DNA of 64,000 nucleotides from Patescibacteria group bacterium. Lineage in GTDB: Bacteria > Patescibacteriota > Minisyncoccia > Minisyncoccales > UBA10102. The notes under the pieces are model-generated. The model saw only the letters and a program-made list of their open reading frames with translations. It was not told the origin of the DNA and ran no database searches. The translations under genes were made by a program, and so were the position numbers. The DNA lies in contig JADFNM010000001.1 in NCBI GenBank assembly GCA_022563395.1, positions 590,342 to 654,341 on the forward strand, in the 5' to 3' direction. Positions 59,358-64,000 of the stretch are shown here, piece after piece. The first letter of the stretch is position 1, and every line of letters starts with the position of its first letter.

Positions 59358-60377
59358 ATGCCAACGGTATCTTTTGAAAAGCTTAGCTTGGAACTTGTAG
59401 AACAGCTCCCGCCACGAATAAAGGATGTGGTTGTAGGGCGTTTTGGTTTGAGCGTAGTACCTCCCCTGACCCTGGAGGCGGTGGGAAGACAGCACCAGAT
59501 AACCAGGGAACGGGTGAGACAAATTGTAAAAGAAGGGTTAGCGCGGCTCAGAAAGGATATGCAGCAGGCAAAGTACAAAGATCGGTATGCCGCCACCTTT
59601 GAAGAAGTAGCTGCCACCTTGAGAAAGGCAGGGTCCATGAAACGAGAAGACCTGCTGCTTGACCTGCTTGAGGCCAAAGATGCAGTAAACCACGCCCTGT
59701 TTCTTTTGACCCTGGGAGATCAGTTCTATAATCAAAGAGAGACCCAGGACTTTTACGCTTTTTGGACCCTAAGGGAAGACATGGTTCAAAAGGCCCGCCC
59801 TTGGCACCAGCGCCTTCTTTCGTTCTTTCAAAAGAAAAAGAGTCCTGTAGCGGAGCAAGAATTGCGGCTCTTGCATGGAAAAGAGGTATTCTTGTACCTT
59901 GAAATTTCAAAGCTTATTGAGAAAAGTCCGGATGGAAGATGGGGGCTTAAAACATGGTCTGAGGTAAATCCCCGAGGCATGAGAGATAAGGCGTACCTCG
60001 CGCTTAAGCAGCAAGGTAACCCTTTGCATTTCAAGGAGGTTGCCTCTGCCATTGCAAAGTTGCAAGAAAACCTTACTCTGCAAAAAAAGAAAGCCGTGCT
60101 TCCCCAGACCGTACACAACGAGCTTATCAAAGACCCCCGGTTTGTGTTGGTTGGTCGGGGAACCTATGGATTATCTGACTGGGGTCTTAAGTCTGGAACC
60201 GTGAAGGATGTGATGCGCTCAATCTTGGCAAACAATGGAAAAACCATGCCAAAAGCAAAACTCGTCGGAGAAACCCTGCAGCGGCGCCAAGTGAAATTAA
60301 GCACCATCTTGCTTAACCTGCAAGACCGACGGTATTTTTTAAGAAATCAAGACGGCACGTATACCTTAAAACTATAA
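59358..60377 (+). CDS. DNA-binding protein with sigma-70 region-4-like HTH and C-terminal HARE-HTH-like domain
   Basis: 339 aa. The N-terminal LTLEAVGRQHQITRERVRQIVKEGLARLRK is region-4-like. The C-terminal NPLHFKEVASAIAKL...DPRFVLVGRGTYGLSDWG is a HARE-HTH-like pattern. Confidence 0.6.
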   Translation: MPTVSFEKLSLELVEQLPPRIKDVVVGRFGLSVVPPLTLEAVGRQHQITRERVRQIVKEGLARLRKDMQQAKYKDRYAATFEEVAATLRKAGSMKREDLLLDLLEAKDAVNHALFLLTLGDQFYNQRETQDFYAFWTLREDMVQKARPWHQRLLSFFQKKKSPVAEQELRLLHGKEVFLYLEISKLIEKSPDGRWGLKTWSEVNPRGMRDKAYLALKQQGNPLHFKEVASAIAKLQENLTLQKKKAVLPQTVHNELIKDPRFVLVGRGTYGLSDWGLKSGTVKDVMRSILANNGKTMPKAKLVGETLQRRQVKLSTILLNLQDRRYFLRNQDGTYTLKL

Positions 60378-60385
60378 GTTTTGCC

Positions 60386-61681
60386 ATGCAAGAAGTTTTC
60401 CTTCTTCTCGGTTTCATCTGGCAAGTTACCATTACCTGGTGGTGGCTGTTTCTCCCGTTCCTTTTGTGGAAACCAGCGGTGTTCCTGTGGCTTTATTGGC
60501 GAAAGGAAACTTTTTCGGGGCAACAGCGGTACATTCTCCTGGAGATTAAAATGCCAGAAGACGCTCCCCGGCCTTTCAAGGCAATGGAGGATGTGTTTAC
60601 TGGCTTGTGGCAGATGCATGATCCCGCAAACACCAGGGAGGCGTGGCTGGAGGGAAAGTACCAGCTTGCCTTTGCCTTAGAAATGGTTTCCGCAGAAGGA
60701 AACATTCATTTTTATCTTCGCATTCCAGAAGGAGCCCAGAAGCTGGTGGAGTCTGCCATTTATGCCCACTACCCCTTAGCAGAACTTGAGGTGGTGGAGG
60801 ACTATACCAAACTCATTCCCCAAGACATTCCCAACAAAGAATGGGATTTGTGGGGCACCAACTATGTCTTGGAGCGCCCCAGCCCCTACCCCATTAAGAC
60901 CTATGCAAAGTTTTTTGAACCAATCGCCACCGACAAAGAAGAGATGCGTATTGATCCCATGGCCCTTTTGGTGGAAGGATTCTCCCAGATTGGTAAAGGG
61001 GAGCATATCTGGATTCAGTTTGTCTTGACCCCCATTTTGCACACCAACCCGCGTGAAAGCAAGCTTGTTGAGGAGGGGCGGGAGATTGTAGCTGAGATCG
61101 TGAAACGCCCTCCCCCTGTAAAGGACAAAGGATTACTTGGAGACATTGGAGTGGTGGGAAAAACCATAGCTACCGGGCAAGTAGAAGCGCCCAAAGAAGA
61201 ATACCGGGAAATCATCCCTCCCGAAATGAGATTAACCCCTGGGGAACGGGAGATTGTCTTGTCTGTTGAAGATAAAATCAGTAAGTACGCCTTTGGCACA
61301 CATTCCAGGTTTATTTATATAGCAAAACGGGAGAACTACTTTGGACCTGCCAAAGCTCTGCCCATGTCCTGGTTTACTCAGTTTGGGACTGCAACCTTTA
61401 ACAACTTTCGGCCCCTGCGTCCCACCTTAACCAAGGTATACACCATTTTTACCTGGTTTATGGACAAGAGAAGGGTGTTTGTGAGAAAAAGGCGTTTGTT
61501 TCGAAACTATACCTTGCGTCTTTCTCCGTACTTCCCGAAGCCAGGAGGCACGTTTGTCTTGAATGTTGAGGAACTAGCCACCATTTTCCATTTCCCCGGC
61601 AGAATTACTGCTCCTTCTTCTGCTGTGGTGAGGGTTGGATCAAAGAAAGGAGAAGCTCCCTCCGGGCTTCCCACCGAGTAA
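60386..61681 (+). CDS. Membrane-anchored protein of unknown function, partner of the following ATPase
   Basis: 431 aa with two N-terminal TM helices and a large soluble domain. No motif recognised. Ends 3 nt before the next gene. Confidence 0.65.
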   Translation: MQEVFLLLGFIWQVTITWWWLFLPFLLWKPAVFLWLYWRKETFSGQQRYILLEIKMPEDAPRPFKAMEDVFTGLWQMHDPANTREAWLEGKYQLAFALEMVSAEGNIHFYLRIPEGAQKLVESAIYAHYPLAELEVVEDYTKLIPQDIPNKEWDLWGTNYVLERPSPYPIKTYAKFFEPIATDKEEMRIDPMALLVEGFSQIGKGEHIWIQFVLTPILHTNPRESKLVEEGREIVAEIVKRPPPVKDKGLLGDIGVVGKTIATGQVEAPKEEYREIIPPEMRLTPGEREIVLSVEDKISKYAFGTHSRFIYIAKRENYFGPAKALPMSWFTQFGTATFNNFRPLRPTLTKVYTIFTWFMDKRRVFVRKRRLFRNYTLRLSPYFPKPGGTFVLNVEELATIFHFPGRITAPSSAVVRVGSKKGEAPSGLPTE

Positions 61682-61684
61682 GTC

Positions 61685-63472
61685 ATGGACATTAACTTTT
61701 TTGGCATTACCAATTTCCGAAATACACAAAGGCGTTTTGGCATAAAAGTGGACGACCGAAGACGCCATTTTTACGTTGTGGGGAAGACCGGCATGGGAAA
61801 AACCGAGATGCTAAAGAATATGGCGGTGCAGGACATTCAGGGAGGGAACGGCATTGGATTTGTGGATCCGCACGGGGAAGCGGCAGATGAATTATTGCAG
61901 TTTGTCCCCACCGAGCGCTTAAAAGACGTCATTTACTTTAACCCTGCTGACACAGACCACCCTATTGCTTTTAACGTCATGGAGAATGTGAAGGCCGAGC
62001 ACCGTCATTTGGTGGCTTCTGGTTTAATGTCTGTGTTCAAAAAAGTCTGGCCCGACGTGTGGTCGGCCCGCATGGAATACATTTTAAACAACACGGTGCT
62101 GGCCTTGTTGGAGTATCCAGGATCAACCCTGTTGGGGATTAACCGCATGCTGGTGGATGTAGACTACAGAGCAAAGGTTATCAACAAGCTCACCGATCCC
62201 GTAGTCAAGGCCTTTTGGATTCAAGAATATGCAAGATATACGCAGAGGTATGAGGTGGAAGCAACCGCTGCTATCCAAAACAAAGTAGGCCAATTCGTGT
62301 CTAATCCCTTAATTCGCAACATCATTGGTCAGACAAAGTCTTCCTTTGACATGCGAGAGGTCATGGACAAAAAGAAGATTTTAATACTCAATCTTTCCAA
62401 AGGACGCATTGGGGAAGACAATTCCCGCCTCTTGGGAGCCATGCTTATCACGAAAATCCAGCTTGCTGCAATGTCTCGAGTGAGCATTCCGGAAGACCAG
62501 CGGCAGGATTTCTTTTTATACATTGATGAGTTTCAGAACTTTGCGTCAGATTCTTTTGTGAGCATTCTTTCTGAAGCGAGAAAGTATCGCTTGTCTTTGA
62601 TTTTAAGCCACCAGTACATAGCGCAGCTGGACGAGAACGAGTCTAAGGTTCGCGGGGCCGTGTTTGGAAACGTTGGCACAATTGTGTCTTTTCGGGTGGG
62701 GGCAGAAGACGCAGAATTCTTAGAAAAGGAGTTTACTCCGGAGTTTTTGGCTTTAGATTTTGTGAATCTGAACAAGTACTCAATCTATGTAAAGCTCATG
62801 ATTGACGGCATTACGGGTAAACCATTTTCTGCCCAAACCCTGCCGCCTCCAGTGCTGCCCTTTGTTTCTCCTGAAGAATCCAACCAGGACGAGATTATTC
62901 GCTGGAGCAGGGAACAGTATGCATCCCCTCGCCACCAGGTGGAAGATGAGATTGCGAAGTGGGCAGAGGTTGATGTTGCTGGCGAAAAGAAAACGCAGGT
63001 GGTTCAACCTGCCGGTCAAGAGCAGATACTCTATGATGCAAGGTGCGATAACTGCGGCAAGGATACCAAGGTGGTCTTTGCCCCGGACGGCAAAAGGAAA
63101 ATCTACTGCAAGTCGTGCAGGAAAAAGCTTCAGCGGAGCAAGAGTCAACTGCTCGACTCTGGCGGGCGCGTACCCCGAGGAGTTCCTTCCGAGGGGTCGC
63201 AGAGCGCCCAGGGGCAGGTTTCCTTAAAGGAAGCTATGCAAAAGGAACCCACCATATTTTATCCTTCAAAAGGGAAGCAGGATCATTCAAATCAAAAGAG
63301 AAAAGAAGTGGACAGACAAGGATTAAAAGAAGTTTTGGGAGAGGCTCTTAAAGAAGGAACATCTCAAAAAAAATCCCTGCCTATAGAGGCAGGCCAGAAA
63401 GACGAGCCCAACACCAAGACAAGTCTGGTGCGGGGTAAACTTCGGCCAGGGGAAACCCTGCGTTTCTCTTGA
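61685..63472 (+). CDS. VirD4/TraD/HerA-like P-loop ATPase with C-terminal CxxC-x17-CxxC zinc ribbon and basic tail
   Basis: 595 aa. Walker A is VVGKTGMGKTE and Walker B-like is FFLYIDEFQNF. Also has ARKYRLSLILSHQ, and CDNCGKDTKVVFAPDGKRKIYCKSC has exactly 17 residues between the Cys pairs. Confidence 0.75.
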   Translation: MDINFFGITNFRNTQRRFGIKVDDRRRHFYVVGKTGMGKTEMLKNMAVQDIQGGNGIGFVDPHGEAADELLQFVPTERLKDVIYFNPADTDHPIAFNVMENVKAEHRHLVASGLMSVFKKVWPDVWSARMEYILNNTVLALLEYPGSTLLGINRMLVDVDYRAKVINKLTDPVVKAFWIQEYARYTQRYEVEATAAIQNKVGQFVSNPLIRNIIGQTKSSFDMREVMDKKKILILNLSKGRIGEDNSRLLGAMLITKIQLAAMSRVSIPEDQRQDFFLYIDEFQNFASDSFVSILSEARKYRLSLILSHQYIAQLDENESKVRGAVFGNVGTIVSFRVGAEDAEFLEKEFTPEFLALDFVNLNKYSIYVKLMIDGITGKPFSAQTLPPPVLPFVSPEESNQDEIIRWSREQYASPRHQVEDEIAKWAEVDVAGEKKTQVVQPAGQEQILYDARCDNCGKDTKVVFAPDGKRKIYCKSCRKKLQRSKSQLLDSGGRVPRGVPSEGSQSAQGQVSLKEAMQKEPTIFYPSKGKQDHSNQKRKEVDRQGLKEVLGEALKEGTSQKKSLPIEAGQKDEPNTKTSLVRGKLRPGETLRFS

Positions 63473-63482
63473 CCCTTGACCC

Positions 63483-64000
63483 ATGAGATGGCTTCCTGAC
63501 CTCTTCTTGAAAGGAAAGCGCGTGTTGCTGCGAGCTGACTTTAACGTCCCCTTAAAAGAAAGCGGGGAGATTGCAGACGACTTTCGTATTACAGCCACCC
63601 TTCCCACCATGCAGCATATTCTTTCTCAAGGGGGAAAGCTTGTGGTGATGAGCCACTTGGGAGACCCCGGAGGAGTATATGATGAGCGATTAAACATGCA
63701 GGGTGTCAAAGAAAAGCTTGTAGAACACTTAAAGATTGCTGTTGAGGTCACGCAGGATTGCATTGGCAGGGAGATTGAGGAGAAGACAAAGAACATGAAA
63801 GAGGGGGAGGTCTTGCTTTTGGAGAATCTCCGTTTTCACAAAGAAGAAGAGAAAAACGACAGGAGTTTCACGCAAGAACTCGCAAAACTTGGAGACGTGT
63901 ATGTTTCAGACGCATTTGGGGTTTTACACCGCGAGCACGCTTCTGTAGTGGGAGTTCCAGCACTTTTGCCTTCAGCTGGAGGGTTTCTGCTCAAAAAAGA
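63483..64000 (+). CDS. pgk: Phosphoglycerate kinase (5' part, runs off the window)
   Basis: My own translation gives MRWLPDLFLKGKRVLLRADFNVPLKESGEIADDFRITATLPTMQHIL..GGKLVVMSHLGDPGG, the canonical PGK N-terminus. Not in the ORF track because it has no stop in the window. Confidence 0.88.
   Translation, partial: MRWLPDLFLKGKRVLLRADFNVPLKESGEIADDFRITATLPTMQHILSQGGKLVVMSHLGDPGGVYDERLNMQGVKEKLVEHLKIAVEVTQDCIGREIEEKTKNMKEGEVLLLENLRFHKEEEKNDRSFTQELAKLGDVYVSDAFGVLHREHASVVGVPALLPSAGGFLLKK

Overview
The window is a gene-dense, mostly + strand bacterial chromosome segment. It carries small housekeeping genes: pth, lepB, hisS, rpsU, ybeY, ftsA, ftsZ, comEC, iscS-like, htrA, clpB, murB, secA, secD, secF and pgk. 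It also has several very large secreted proteins with peptidoglycan-binding modules, and many short or overlapping gene junctions. By inference only, gene content and style suggest a small-genome Patescibacteria/CPR (Parcubacteria-like) organism. I found no rRNA, tRNA or CRISPR.

The most interesting part is an accessory region at about 24.4-39.2 kb:
- At 24.5-33.2 kb, nine unrelated single-ORF cassettes are separated by ten copies of a conserved ~75-bp junction repeat. The repeat has attC-like ends (YTCTAAC ... GTTRRRY), a variable centre, a structure-conserved hairpin with T-tract, and an extended -10-like box 6-7 nt from the ATG. No integrase is visible.
- At 33.2-38.5 kb, a two-gene module encodes a 1469-aa protein with three lamin-tail domains, a ComEA-like HhH region and a beta-helix. 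The module is bracketed by direct repeats.
- At 38.5-39.2 kb, a GC-rich minus-strand two-gene insert ends the region.

One family of ~40-bp palindromes (arm consensus YCTTAAWTYTCRTTTAAG) marks every accessory boundary and several gene ends, and is inserted in-frame in pth.

Other notable items:
- 65-bp direct repeats flank a methyltransferase gene.
- An 85-bp structured repeat lies upstream of both lepB and secD.
- A polyamine cluster has three spermidine-synthase paralogs and two AdoMetDC-like genes.
- FtsZ lacks a C-terminal tail.
- A membrane protein is paired with a VirD4/TraD-like ATPase.

All coordinates outside the ORF track were hand-indexed and may be off by 1-2 nt.
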